Source: Epiperipatus broadwayi (lineage: Eukaryota > Animalia > Onychophora). Taken from it: 64,000 nucleotides of DNA. Shown in pieces: positions 1-13,847 of this stretch (within the stretch, counting starts at the first letter, position 1; each line of letters begins with the position of its first letter). The DNA is taken from assembly GCA_028023455.1 (NCBI GenBank), contig JAQFVV010000003.1, positions 2,666,001 through 2,730,000 of the forward strand, in the 5' to 3' direction. A program made the translations under genes and the position numbers. The notes beneath the pieces are model-generated. The model saw only the letters and a program-made list of their open reading frames with translations, searched no databases and was not told the DNA's origin.

Positions 1-1975
1 CAGTATGTTCCATATTTTTGCTTATTAACAGTTTACCATTATCATTAAAAACTTTTCTCAGTAGTTAAGTATAATGTTATTCACTTTTTTTATAAATATA
101 GAGATGTGTCATAGGACCTCATGCTATTTCTTTATCATTTAGCACATATATTTAACTTCTCACTGCATTTTCATGTTGGTGTATATGTTACTTTTAATAC
201 CTATTTTTTAGCCTGTCTGTTTACTTGCCTAGTTCACCTATTTTAATGTAATTTTATTAGTTAATTATTTATTTGTGGTCTTAGTATATTCTCATTTCCA
301 TCAATCAATTCATATTTGATGTGTCACATCAAGTTCCTTTCTTGGTTATTTGTATTAATCAGCTGCTACTTAGATAATTCCAATCAAAGTGAAGAAGTTC
401 CAATAGTTTTTTTTCTTTTTTTTAAATATACCAGTCCAATGACTGGATCTCCATGGAAACTTACATTTTTAGCCCCTAAGTATGGGTGCCAAAGTGTGAT
501 GGTCTGTGTTTTCCACCACAAGAGGGGGAATGCATCTAACTATGGTCAGACCTATTGTCCTTGTATAGAATGCCATGAATGAGACAATGAAGTATCTAAC
601 CAATGATCATGTCTACCTCCAATGGGCTAGCTCTAGGTTTACTCATTAAATTCATACACAATTTAGGTTAGTTCATCCACACCTCACACCTCTTTTGTAT
701 TCCATCACACCTCAGAATTCAAATGCAGGAAGAATGCTCCATTCAGCTCTCTTTAGGGATGTATTTACCTTATATAGCAATTACAATACATCTATAAAGG
801 TTCCAATCATGTAAAGGTTTCATCCAACCATATTATGATGTAAAATAAAGTATGTGTGTATACATATATATCAGTTAAGAATCAATGAACGAACGGATAA
901 ATGACTTTGCCAAACTAGAGACCATTTAATTAAAAATCAAGTTAACAATGTTTATTGACTAATAAAGTAAAAATTCAAAAACTTTTTTAACAAAAAAAAA
1001 TAGTATGTATATGTATGTGGGTGTCAAATATGTATCTCTACCATATTAATGATTCAATATGTTTATTACTCCAATCCTTGCCGTGATAGGTATACATAAT
1101 TCCACTATATATTTACAAAGTAATTACATAATGCCACTTCATATTTACAAAGTAGATAACAGTAACGAAAAGAAAAATCATTAATTCATCATTACAATGA
1201 TCTCAAAGCTAACTAACTATTTAACAAGTTTATATGAAGGTGTGTGAAATATCTTCATTGTCCAATTCCAACTGTAGATGTTCCATCTTCTTTGAAGATC
1301 CCTCTTGACTATGTACAAGTTTTCTATGGTTGATAGAAAAGAATATTCACACAAGAATATTAGTCATCATACTGAATAAACAAATGTAAACAATCATTAG
1401 TTAACAAAAATAAATAAACAAATAAACAGTACAAAATTCTGTCCTGTAGCAAGTGCATGTCTTAATATGGAATAATATCAAATAAAATCTTACCTTATCC
1501 CATATTGTAGTAAGGCTGATGACAAATAGTAAATATGAGATCACTATGTAGGAGAGTTGATGTAAATTTTATTAAAAAAAATGTCTAACTTAACAACCTT
1601 TCTCCCTGCACTTTCTTGATTGCAACTATAGTGAACTCTTCCAAGTTGTAGAAATTTAGGTTTCCAAGTGTGGAAGTGCAATAAATAAAAAAATACAGAA
1701 TTCTACAAATGTATATGTAAAATAAAATAAAAAATTATATGACAAATTAAGATTTTTTTCATGTTATCATGCATAAGTTTCGTGAATTAGGCAACAAGTG
1801 TCTCTTATAGATAAAGTTCATTGCTATTCCAGTCATTCTTCTATGGAAAATCACACATTATTGGCAGAGACTCCTTGGTGACATATTTGGAATGATGCTA
1901 TTTTCAACTTCTGTTGTTGTTTTTTTTTGTATCCATCTAGACATTTAAGACAGAGCATTTGATGTTTTAGCATGC

Positions 1976-2171
1976 TTTATACAATTGAAACTAAACTGAG
2001 AGACTGCAAAACTCTCAAGCACTTATGACTATTAACATCTAATCAGATCGCAAGCACTGAGACAGAGAACATATGTGCTTGAGAGTTTTGCAGTATCTCA
2101 GTTTAGTTTCAATACCATCTGTGCTTTATAAAATAAATATTATTTATACAATTGAGTATTTATACAATTGA
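1976..2171. mobile_element. Small insertion with internal 39-bp inverted repeat and 13-bp direct flanking repeat
   Basis: Inverted arms 1984-2022 / 2075-2113 (one mismatch); TTTATACAATTGA at 1976-1988, 2143-2155 and again at 2159-2171. Confidence 0.6.
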
Positions 2172-3643
2172 ATATTAAATCACCATGCTGCCTATGATCA
2201 GGGATGATAAAACGTTGGCTCTATGACAATATTAAATTAGCCAGAATACATTGTTTTGCAGTTCATAAAAGATCTACATTTTCTTAATTCACTGATTCAT
2301 ATTTAATGATTTTTATACAAACAAAATATTTCATCATTTATATGTAACTATGTTGATGATCTTCTATTTTTTATTCATATTTAAAGAATAGGGTGGTCCT
2401 TTAATTTTAAATGTCTATTTAAATCAGTTCAATTATTTTATCTAATTACATGAATTTATTAGAATTCTTTCTGTTTAAATATCGACTATAGTTTCATGTA
2501 ATTTTGCATTACAACATTCACACAAATAATTTGGGGTATTTGAATAGCCATCCATGTTCTCTAGAACTTGAACATTCGATTTTCTGATGTTGTTGTTATA
2601 TAGCTTTTGCATTCTTTTGAATATAGTAAAAGATGACGAAATGAACTGGTTTTGTTTTTATATTGGTCTGGATTCCATTTAGTATACTTGCATTTTATTT
2701 CCTTTTCCATCACTGTGTGTACCCCTATTGTTGCATGTATTATATTGATTATAAGCAAAATAAAATTACATAATAGAATTATGCTTTCATCTTCCACATT
2801 TGGTTACCTAGTGACTGATTTGACATTAGATTATTAGTATGTTTACCAAGTCTAAGTTGTGTATATAAAGACATACAATACATTGACATTGAATTTATTA
2901 TTTGTATACATATATATATTAGTATGATTTCTTTAACTAGGATTTTTATCTTTATATTACATAAGTTAAACTAATCTATCATGATATTTCTTTAATATAA
3001 TGAAAAGTAAACATTTGTTGCATTTACGTATATGTGTGTGGGTTTATTTGGGTTTATTTACTCTATAAAATGAAAATACATGCTCAACCACCTATTAATT
3101 AATTTTCTTTGATTTGGTGGTGAGAATAAACACAGATTGGATTGTAAGCTATTCTTACAGCATGCTCAGTATATACATTTGTAGTACAAGCTTATTAAGT
3201 CACACAATGTATGACTTAATTTTCTTACAATTACTACTAATTAAATTACCTGCGGCTAAATAACTTTCTCCATTAATCAATAATAGCTCTTTTGTTGGAA
3301 TGTTTTGTTAAAGTAAAAGAAAGTCCTTTCCCTGGAGAAGTTTAAAACCTTATATGTGGAATGTCAGGAAATATGCTATTCTTTCACATTATCACACCTA
3401 TAAAAAAAGCTTGCTGGGTTTATATCCATTTAACAAATTGGGTTTGAAGTAAAAGAAGATCATTTTATTTCAACAAAAGTGCTTATTATTAACAACAAAG
3501 AAATAGCTCTCACATCAGAAAAACATGCTCTAAGTCTTCAGAAAACTCTCAACAGTTTTAAATTATCTAGGTTGTATGACAAAATATGCCTAATTGGGTC
3601 AACAAATCAGAAATGGCATTCATATATATATATATATATATAT

Positions 3644-6600
3644 TGTGACCTCCTCTTCGGGTCATCCACCAATCTAAACTCACATTTGGGGCCATAATCC
3701 ACTTTTATGTCCTTTTCTTTGAATGCTGGAATCATATATACAAAACTGGCCACACATTTCATGGCACCAGATCCGCCCTTTGTAACCTATCATACTCTCA
3801 TTATCAAGACTATAAGCATAAAGAAACAAAAAGGTTAAACTAATGAAATGATTCCTGTATTGAATAAAACTAGCATGAAACTATAGATCTAAAGAAGATC
3901 ACAAGGTGATTAATAAAGATAATAACTTCTGGTCAAACCAGCTCTAAAATCCACACAAACAAAAGGTGATGAGTTAAATTTGATATTCAGCAAACTAATA
4001 AATAACTAATAATTATATCTCTGGAATGATTATGAAATTAAACTTATAAATGAAATGATAAGTAAATTATGATGTAGATGACTAAATGGATGATGGAAAG
4101 AAGTAATAATTAAATAGTGGAATGAAATGAGTCTAAGAATGAAGAGAAAAGAATGAAGATGTATGAGAATAATGAATGATTAAGATGATGATAGAATAAG
4201 AGTTAATGAATAGTTAAGATGATAAAAGAATAAAAGTTAATGTATGATTAATCAATTATGATAATGAATTAATATCAAATGAGAATGAATAAATACAAGA
4301 ACGATCAAGATGAAATTGAAGAACAATGTTAATGATGGAGACTGAAATCTTAAACTATAAACTAATATGGTATTAAATGGTAAAAAGATAAGCTAAATAA
4401 AAATAGGGATTTCAAGCTTGACACAACCAGAGTATTTATCATAAAGTCAAAACAAGTTACGCATTTTATGCCAAAAGAAGTAATTTACATCTTAAAGTTT
4501 AGTTGACTTTCATAAAACAGTGAAAGTAATCTAATTCAAGTCCAACTATAATAAATAACTATCTATAAAATTTACTACAAATTCAAATTCTACCTTGAAA
4601 CTTAACAACTAATTCTTCTCAGGGTTCAAACACTCAAAGATCATTCTCCAAAATATACTTGGGTCAGTGAGAGGGATTTTACCACTACCCGAATAGAATG
4701 CACAAAACAGCTCTCAATATAAACTCAAATTAACAACTATATTTAGCAGTTACACATAAACTTTATGAACTCAATAACTCTTATAACTTTAATATTTAAG
4801 AAATAGGAATAACTTTTTAATAACTAAACATAATAACTTACCAAATTCCTTTTCTTAAATAATTATAAACCATGTGATCAAGATCAGTGAATGATAGCTC
4901 TGCGGGTTTAACTAAATCAATTAAATCAATATTATGTTTATCTTTTAATATAGTACTTAAAGTAATCTGTACTCCAGGTTAATAATATTTAATTATTATG
5001 TGATGATGCATTAGATGTACTCTTAAGTGATAGGGCTTAACAAAATTATTTTGGTATATTAACCAATAGTTAAATGTACTATATTGGTTGATGATGATTT
5101 CAATATATAATCTTCTGATATGTCGATAGCAATAACAATAATAATGTGTATATGGTGATTAGCAATAAGACTACAGGCAACTAAATAAATTTTTAAACAC
5201 AACAAACTTTATTTACAATATTTACAAATTTCAATTCAGAGACATTGTATGAAATAAAACCAATACATCAAACTAAACTCAGGAATGGAAAAATACTTGG
5301 TATCCCATTGACCATATTCTTAGTCAATATGACCAACTTATACAATGATATTCAGAGTATCACTTATTACTGTTTAGCCTATCTTAAAGAATAAGATAAT
5401 GAAACCTTATTTAAGCTAAACTCGCACTTAAATTACAAAAACAACAGTGTATTGAGGACTTTAGGGTATGCACAAATTTTAAATTTAGAATTCAAAAGTT
5501 ATAAAGTCATGCATTATACTAAAGCCATTTCTTTTATCAGAATATGATAAGGGCAATTATCATATTCTGCGCAATTAATAATTGATTAAAATTTGAGATG
5601 AATAGGTTTGGTGTATTAAAGTAGGAACAGACATCAAAAGTCAAATACACATATTACTAAACATTACCTATGTCCACAACCTAATTATTGAATACTTAAC
5701 TGATCTTACCAATCCATTGTCAAATCATTATTCGATGAAGATAAATCCACACTGCCCACATGCATTTTTTGCTTTTACATCTACAAGTTCTACAATCATT
5801 AATAGATTTTGGTTTGGTCTGTCTATAACTGATGAAGATCCTACAACATCATAAAACACTATTATAATTAGGCAAACACTATAGATAGATCAGTGTTCCT
5901 TAATCTAATATTATTTTATCCTTGCCATTGTATCTTGAAATACTATATTTCACCATACACGGTGGAAAACTAACTCTATAACCTCATGAGGGATTAAACA
6001 ATAAAAAGGGAGGCTCTATAAAACAACATGACAGTTGTATAATAATATGGCTAATTCTCATACCTCTCTATGGGTATACAAGTGTGAGTTTATTCTCATC
6101 ACAGGAAAATAGAATTCAAACCATGGGTATCCTCTTTTGGGATTAATTATGCTAACCACGCATTAATTATTACTCAGTCTCTACCAAACTATCCTCTCAT
6201 GCAATCAGCAATGGGTGATTCTCCCTCAGCCCATGTTCAGTATTAATATTAATCTATTTGATGCCATTATATGTAGCATATACTTAACAGCTAAAAGCTA
6301 TCACAAATCCTTCTCAATACCATAGCAAGGTAAAACAACACCAACAGTAAAAGTGGAAATATACATATTCCATTTCACAATGCAGACCTATTAATGTATT
6401 AATAGACAAACCAAAATATATGTCAAATGATCATTAATTATTTTAAAATGACAATTATACTTTTGTTAAAGCAGCACAATGCATTTAAGCAATAAAGATC
6501 AACCTGCATTTGTACTCAAAGTGGACAAGTTCATTCCTATGCAAACTTAAGAAATGAAAAAGGCTTATATCAGTTTTCTTTTTTATATAAGAAAATGATT

Positions 6601-8769
6601 CGGGCATTATAGTATATCTTTGACAAAATATCTGTCTGTCCACCTTTAATAAAATATTAAAATCTGTTTAAAAAAAATACGAGAAATAAATCTCTCTTTC
6701 TCTCTGTCTAGATGAACGATATATATAATATCATGTTTTCCCTTAACTGGAAAAATAAAAATACATGTAATAGATGTATATATTTTACATTTTTTTTCTC
6801 TTTAACTCAATATATATTTCTTACCACAATAAAACATATATGTTTAAAAACAAAATTCTCAAATAACACATGATGTAAGTATTATAAACCAACACAGCAA
6901 TAATAAAAAAACATAAAAGAATATTTTCTTCCATTAAATTTTATCCTATTCGTCCAAGTTATTTCATCCTTGTGAGTTAAAATGATAAGAACTGATATTA
7001 TGATGAGTAAACACTCCAAATAATGCATATATATACTTTATGATTATCCTATTCGATCCTAAATAAGACACTATTTAAGTACTTTTCCAAAGGCAATAAA
7101 ATAATTTAATGGTTTATTTACCGATGTCAATATAGTGAAATTAAATTCCAATGTTTCAAGTGTAGCATAATTAAAATAAGTTTATCCACTTTTCTCTAGA
7201 TAATTTTCCTTAATAACTTTATAGGTTATTATAATCTTCAAAACAAACTTTTTAAATACATTTATTGATTTATTCAATATTAACATAGTGAGACAAGATT
7301 TAAACGTATCAAATGGAGTATAACTAAAATCGGTTTATTTACATTTTAATCCAGATAATTTTCCTTGAAAATGACTTTAGAATTTTATTACAAATTTAAC
7401 TTTTTAAAATTATTTGATTTTATTCTTTCCTCCACGGTAATATTTGTAACACTTTAAGTAATTGGGACATTTATCAGACTTTTTTTTTTAAAAAAATCTT
7501 ATTTATACACATTGCACAGTTAAAATTTTAAAAGTAAATATTTATCTAATTACATTTCCATTGGTAAGGTAATAACTGTTTAACAATACTAAGATGAATT
7601 TATCCAATTACAAATACAATATCCTTAGCATTTTGAAGTAATCTGTAATCATTCATTTCTATCATTACACAAGTTTGCACTAAAAACAAAATTTGCAGAT
7701 GAGTTTTTATTTCTTAATAAGAATAAACAATAAATTTATACATTTTCCTTTTACTTTATTAAACTTTAGATGATTTCAAACATGACTTTTTGATTTATTT
7801 ATTATATATATCATAATACTTTTTTTCAAAATTATCTTGAATTATTTTTTTTCTTGAGATTTTATTTTATAAACACAATATTGTTCTGCTAGATAATAAG
7901 AGTGGCGTGAAATACAAACAAACATTATCAGCTCTTTATTTTAACTGTAAATAATTCGTGTGTCATCTTTAAAGAAGAGATTTTAAAAATATGAACAAAA
8001 TAAAAGCAAAAGCTAACTTTTTCTTGAATTTTTCTGGGTTTGAAGCAATATTTATGGAAGTAAGTTATGATGCACAGGGTTTCCATTTCCTTTCCAGTAT
8101 AACTTTTAAGAACCATCAATCGACAGAAAATGGTGTTTAAAATGATAGCAAGGTTTGAAGATTTCTATTCCATTATTTTAGATAACAGTATACTATAATC
8201 CTTATTCAATTAAATTCCAAATTTTTCAGCTTTTTCTTTCTTATTTTATAAGAGTAGAATCCAAGTCTGTTGTTTCTAATTCTCTTTTTCTTAATCAGCC
8301 CCCCTACAACTTTGTTATTTATTATATAGCTTTTATTACAATGCATTGTGGTAACAAATTAACCAATAACCTTAGTGTGAATATATTAATATTACCCCCT
8401 CTATCTTCATTTTAAACAACTACTCACAATATGCAAGGCAGTTTTGGATTCACTACAAAAAAATATGCTTAAGTAATTGACTATAACCATTTATTTTACA
8501 AGATTTAATAAATTTATTTCAATTGCTATTCAACAATAATAAAAATAGCAATATTTATCTCCCAATTAATAATAATACTTATAAAATTATTAATTTATCA
8601 CTAGTAAAAGCCTACACTGGGTTTAAAATCTCATCTCCACTCCAGCAGATTTTCTACTGCATCCAGAACAGTCTTTATTTAAAGCCACTTGTTAAGATTT
8701 TCATTCCAGATATATTATTATGATTTCAAACTTTGGATTATTCAATACAGGGACCTAAATAAAAAGGTC

Positions 8770-8772
<3 letters not shown>
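3644..8772. mobile_element. Candidate TG...CA-bounded element (giant solo LTR or TIR element) between two (TA)n runs
   Basis: (TA)n-TGTGACCT at 3644 and AGGTCACA-(TA)n ending at 8772; no internal LTR pair or clear ORF seen. Confidence 0.3.
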
Positions 8773-8806
<34 letters not shown>

Positions 8807-9550
8807 ATGGGTGGGGGGAGAATTTTTTTTTTGAAAGCAACTCACAAAAAGATGAGTTTATTTATTATATCTGTTTCAAAAACATCAGTAATGGGCAAAT
8901 TTGAACTTTGTGCCCCAACAGATTCATGTAATTGCTAAATAATAGGGCTTGCTGTAATTTTATAATTTAATTTTTCTTAAGAAGCTAATTGATATCAGAC
9001 AACTAAGAGAAGATTGAGCACAACAATTCCAGCCAACAGACCAAACTGATATTTTTTTATTCACTTGATAATCTATCCAAGAATCTTTAACTTTTAAATC
9101 CATTACTCTGCCATTGCGCTAATCTGTACAGAATATTATTTTTAATTTTCTAAATATAGTTTTTATTTATATAATACACTTATATTTGTATACTTATTAT
9201 TGAATTCAAAATGGAGTCATTACCTTAAAATTCAAAATAGAAGGTGCAATCAAACTTTTATTTGTCCACAGTTTTGATAATGAATAAATCACTGGATAGG
9301 TTTTAATATGAAAGATTTAAAAAAGAAATGGAAACAAGCATTGTCATAAAGAATAATAGCTAAATCAATTAAAATAATTCTGGTAAGAATTACAAGTGTG
9401 TGTACATGTGTGTATATGTATATAAGATTACAAAAAAATCAAGTCATGTGTCACATGACTTAATTTAAACAACCTTGTACTATAAATGTTTCATAAAGAG
9501 CTCACAAATAATCTAATAATTTTTAATCTAGTGCTTGAATATTCTAGCAC

Positions 9551-9586
9551 CTCACTGAGGAAGCCAATAGCAGAAACCAATCTGAG
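9551..9586 (+). ncRNA. Minimal type I hammerhead-like motif (partly degenerate)
   Basis: ctca CTGAGGA agc-caata-gca GAAA ccaa TC tgag; 4-bp helix I; helix II weak; flanks align with the repeat unit at 55.9-56.0 kb. Confidence 0.55.
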
Positions 9587-10062
9587 TTAGGGATATTCTG
9601 CAAAGCTCGTTAAGAGCTTATTTGCGAACTCTTTATATAACATATGTATATAAGAAATAAATCAATTATATAATGCTAACTGAAAATTAAAATATAGTAA
9701 AATCACTACTTCTTAGCAAATAGATAAAATTCAGTAGTGCTGTAAAATAAACACTAAGTCTGAATACAACAATATAGATAAAAGGTAATCTCTTATTTAT
9801 TCACTGCAAAGATGGTACATATATTGAAATTCAGGTTAATTTAAAACTGAAAAATAACATATTTCTGTTCCATATACAAAATTAGATTAATTAATAATTA
9901 TTTAATGCTTTGAAAATTACAAACACAACTATATGAGAAATAATCAATTGTATAATGCCAGCTGAAAATTTAAATATAGTAAAATCATTATTTCCTAATG
10001 GACTAAATAAAATACTGAGCAGTGTTACCTGTGAAACAAATACAAAGTCTGAATAAAAGAGG

Positions 10063-10096
<34 letters not shown>

Positions 10097-10212
10097 ACGT
10101 GTGTGTAGAGCCCAGTAATAAACAAAATATAGAATAATGAGTTATGATCAATCACAGCTAACAATAATATTTGGACCAAAAATAAGTTCATGTAAGTGTG
10201 CAGGGGTAATAT

Positions 10213-10305
10213 GAAGAAGCTAAATATTGGAGATGGATTGAACTTGGAGAGACCTTCATCCTGCAGTGGATTGATAATAGTTGATAATAATGATGATGAT
10301 GAATA
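10213..10305 (+). mobile_element. RTE-type LINE 3' end fragment with (GAT/AAT)n tail
   Basis: Shares TTGAACTTGGAGAGACCTTCATCCTGCAGTGGATTGATAAT with the RTE 3' end at ~20030-20070. Confidence 0.7.
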
Positions 10306-11940
10306 ATGAACAATAATAACTAGACAAGAAAATAACTGTCTCAACTAATTTTAGATAGAGCAGAAAACAAGTGATTCAAAGAGTTAATTATTATCTAGTA
10401 TTAATGTATGATCTATTAATACAATTTAAAATATAATATTTAGCTGGAATAATCTAAGTCAAAGTCAAATAGAAAGCAATGCTAATGAACAACTCATTAG
10501 CCATTTTACTGAGAAATTTTAACTGCATTCATTAGAGGGGAAAAAAGAAATTATCAAGAAAATAGATAAGAAGAAAAAACCAATACTTCAAGAAGAAAAA
10601 GAAATGATTATTAAAAAAAGTTGAAAAGAATGTTAAGTAATAAAAATACTAAATAGAATATATGGAAAACATTAGAAAAAAGGCAAAAAAGAGGATGGGA
10701 ACCAAATAAAAAAAGGAGAGATATGATCTAGAAATGGAAAGGAAGGAACTATAGGAAAGAAAAAGAAGAAAAGTATTGAGAAATAAAAAATAAAAAAATG
10801 GAAAACTTTGAAAAAATAAAAAGATTGTACAATTAAAAAATGATGAAAAAATTGAAGACACTAAAATTGATGGGGATGCCAAAAAATTATTTGCAAAATG
10901 AAAATCAAACATTAATAGAATCTATTGAGAAAAAATTCCAACAGTATATTGAGGATTGTAGAAATAATAAAGAAACTAAAGAGAAAATAAAAATATAGAA
11001 AAATTAATTGAAAAATTACAGAGATTTAAACATGTAAGAATGCTGTAAAAGAATTTAAAATTAATTAACGAACCTAAAAAAATGTGAGACTGAAGTCTAT
11101 TATAAAACTGTTGCAGAAGTTGTTGAAAAGTTTAAAATAAGCACAAAATTACTGATGAATTTAAAGTTGGTAGTGGGGAACTTAAAATTGGTAATGAATA
11201 TCAAAAAAATTTATTAGTATAAAAGAATTAATTTTAATATTTACAATGTACATTTTTTATTTTTATACTTTTGAAAATATTTTTCACTGAAAACTTAATC
11301 CATAGTAATCAAAACATGTCAGATATTTCTATATTTTCAGCAGAAATTACAATGGTAACATTATAGAAATAAAAGAATTACAAGTGGTTCAATAAAACCA
11401 TTCTTCAGATCAATAATGTAAAAATCAAATACATAGAATTCTTTTCCTAATCTTTATAAAGTACAGTAACATAAAAAAAAATTTAACTGTAACACTATTT
11501 TACTTTGGTGGTAAATAATTAGGTAGAATAAATGAAATTAAAATTTTAGAAATATGATTTTTTTTTCTACAGTACAGGCTTTTTCATACCTGCATTTATA
11601 TATGTAATATATAGGGAATTTGGACTGACTTTTACATGACCCTCAACCATCCATGCGATCTCATACCACTGATACCCTTGATCACATGCATGTCAAAAAA
11701 TAAATAATCACCAATATATGTATTTCATGCTAAACCAGAACTTGTCAATTGGTCCAGATTATCATCTCCACACATATATACAATCAAAACTCAGCTTATA
11801 TTAAGATAGCCAATTTTCATACTTTAATGGTCAGTCTTGAAATCACTCCATCCCACAACTTTTCAGCCATCCATTTCATTGAAAATCTGAAAATGGAATC
11901 CTCAAAGCCCGCCTTAGTGCCAACCTTCTCATCCTATTCA

Positions 11941-13503
11941 TGTTGAGCTGGTATTTTTCTGCCAGCTCATAATCATACATATAGATACACACATATTTTG
12001 TAAAAATAAAATATATACATTGTAATAAACTTATTTTATTAGAAATAAATGAACACGTACTTTTCTATCAGCTCATATATATACACACATATATATTTTG
12101 TTAAAATATAAATATCATTTTATAATACATAATTTTAAAAAAATAAATTAACACTTAATTTGAAAATGGAGTTTTAAGAAGTTAAAATAAATTAGATCAA
12201 GATCTTGTTATTTTGATAAAAGTTTGTCTTTTGTTAGTCTTTAAAAAAATTCTTAAAAATAGAAAGGAAAAAAAAAGCAATTAGTTCTATTGTTGGGACT
12301 TTGATAGTCGAGGTATTTTTATGCTATCTATTATGCTGATCAATTGGAATGTTTCTTTGGGATTTTAAAATAAAATATGAAATAAAAGAAGAGAATATGA
12401 AAGGTGTGAACTGAGACTTTAAAAAAAAAAACTATAAATTACAGACTTTCCTTTTGTTCTAAATTAATGGGATTTCTGCCGAGGTCAATATCTAATCTAT
12501 AAGTTTTAATTCGGCTCAGACTTTTGAATATTAAAGATCTGAAAAGTGCAAGGAGAAAATGTTGAGCGGCTAGATCTAACAGAACTTTTCCTTCTGGGAA
12601 CCTCTTCCTATTACCACCTGGAACTGCCTTGTAAATGCCGGACATAGAGAGCTAGCTGAAGAGAATGGACTGGAAGAAGACACAGACAAACCACGAAGAA
12701 TATAAAGTGAAATATTCCACCCACACAGGATCTACACTGATCGATCAGGGTAATTAGACTTTTTTTTTGTTATAATTTCAAGACTCATTTGCGTAATAGA
12801 ATTTAAAAAAAAGAAAAGCCTTCACTTCAAATATCTCAAAGTTTCAGCAATAGAAAGGGAGGGATATGTAGTCTTTAAGTAGATGTATTTACTAATTCAA
12901 ATTAATCCACATTATATTGGTTTTTTTTATTATTTAATTTTTTTTTGGTTACGTTCTATTAATTAAACTTACCTTTAGTTTCTATGATTGTTATTCTTAT
13001 AATGTATAGATAGGAATAAGAAAAATTGTATACTCGATCTAAGGACAAGTAAAAATTTAAGATAAAAAGATTTAACATTAGAAAGAGGAGGTTTGAGTGC
13101 GTTTGTTTTTAACAAACACACTCTTATAGTAAGTCACCCTTGAGTTCACTCATAGTTATATACCATAATATTTGATGAAATATTGTATAATTAGTAAAGT
13201 GACGGTGCATGCTCCTTCGAGAATGATACATGTTAATTCTTGATTAGAAAGAAAATGGATCGGGAGGGTTTGATTTGACAAATACAAGGGAAGGGAATAA
13301 CCAACAAATAGAATAAAGATATAATAAATATTTCAACAATAGTGAAGTGTCGAGTTGTTTGTTGTTTTTTTTGTTTATTATAATTAATTCTTATAATTTA
13401 TTTTATAATCTTTTGGTCCATTAAAAGAAAATTATTTTGAGATTTACATTTGGTGATTGCCATTCATAAATAAATTAACCGTTATTATAGAAATTTTATA
13501 ATA
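11941..13503 (+). repeat. 5' LTR
   Basis: Starts TGTTGAGCTGG, ends AAATTTTATAATA; aligns along its length with 17545-19114. Confidence 0.9.
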
Positions 13504-13847
13504 CGATCTAGGCAGAAATGCTTGGTGGCGCCCCCGAACGGCCACTGTATGTTGTAATCTTGTGAAATTTAAGAGCATAACAAAATGTTTTGTTACAGAG
13601 GGTAGGAGTGGATAAAATTTAAGAAAATGGCATCTCAACATGTAGGGCTCGTTAACTAAATAAACGGCTTGAGATTAGGGTAAAAGTGGGGTAAGGCAGG
13701 TTCGAGTGGTTAGAGCGAGGAGTTAGTGTCCCAGTAGGGGAGAGTTTTGAGTGTCAGAAGTAAATTTAAAATATTGTAGATAAAATGCAGGATAGAATTA
13801 AGATAAAAATGTTCGAATGAGACAAAGAGGAGACTCTATTCGAACAC

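Noticed and set aside
1230-1543. Two apparent minus-strand exons (1494-1543 with GTAAG donor; 1230-1323 with pyrimidine acceptor)
   Set aside because: Joining them gives either a TGA at the start of the first exon or a stop after four codons of the second; no coherent protein.
2561-2797. 78-aa minus ORF with signal-peptide-like start
   Set aside because: GTG start, in-frame stop just upstream, no ATG, no recognisable family.
4842-4911. Possible 70-nt minus-strand exon (KPAELSFTDLDHMVYNYLRKGI) with AG and GTAAGT
   Set aside because: No compatible neighbouring exon found and no recognisable homology; needs RNA-seq.
5824-5866. tataa CTGATGA ... AAAA cacta ttata, hammerhead-like
   Set aside because: GAAA is missing, helices II and III are poor, and helix I is only A/T; could be chance.
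10003-10344. Minus ORFs here and at 19906-20130 sharing IINPLQDEGLSKFNPS
   Set aside because: Antisense reading of the same RTE 3' end repeat.
10640-11230. A-rich coiled-coil-like coding remnants on the plus strand
   Set aside because: Frameshifted, no diagnostic motif; cannot assign.
12439-12645. Antisense 68-aa ORF repeated at 18050-18256
   Set aside because: It is duplicated only because it lies in both LTRs; no recognisable domain and no evidence of selection.
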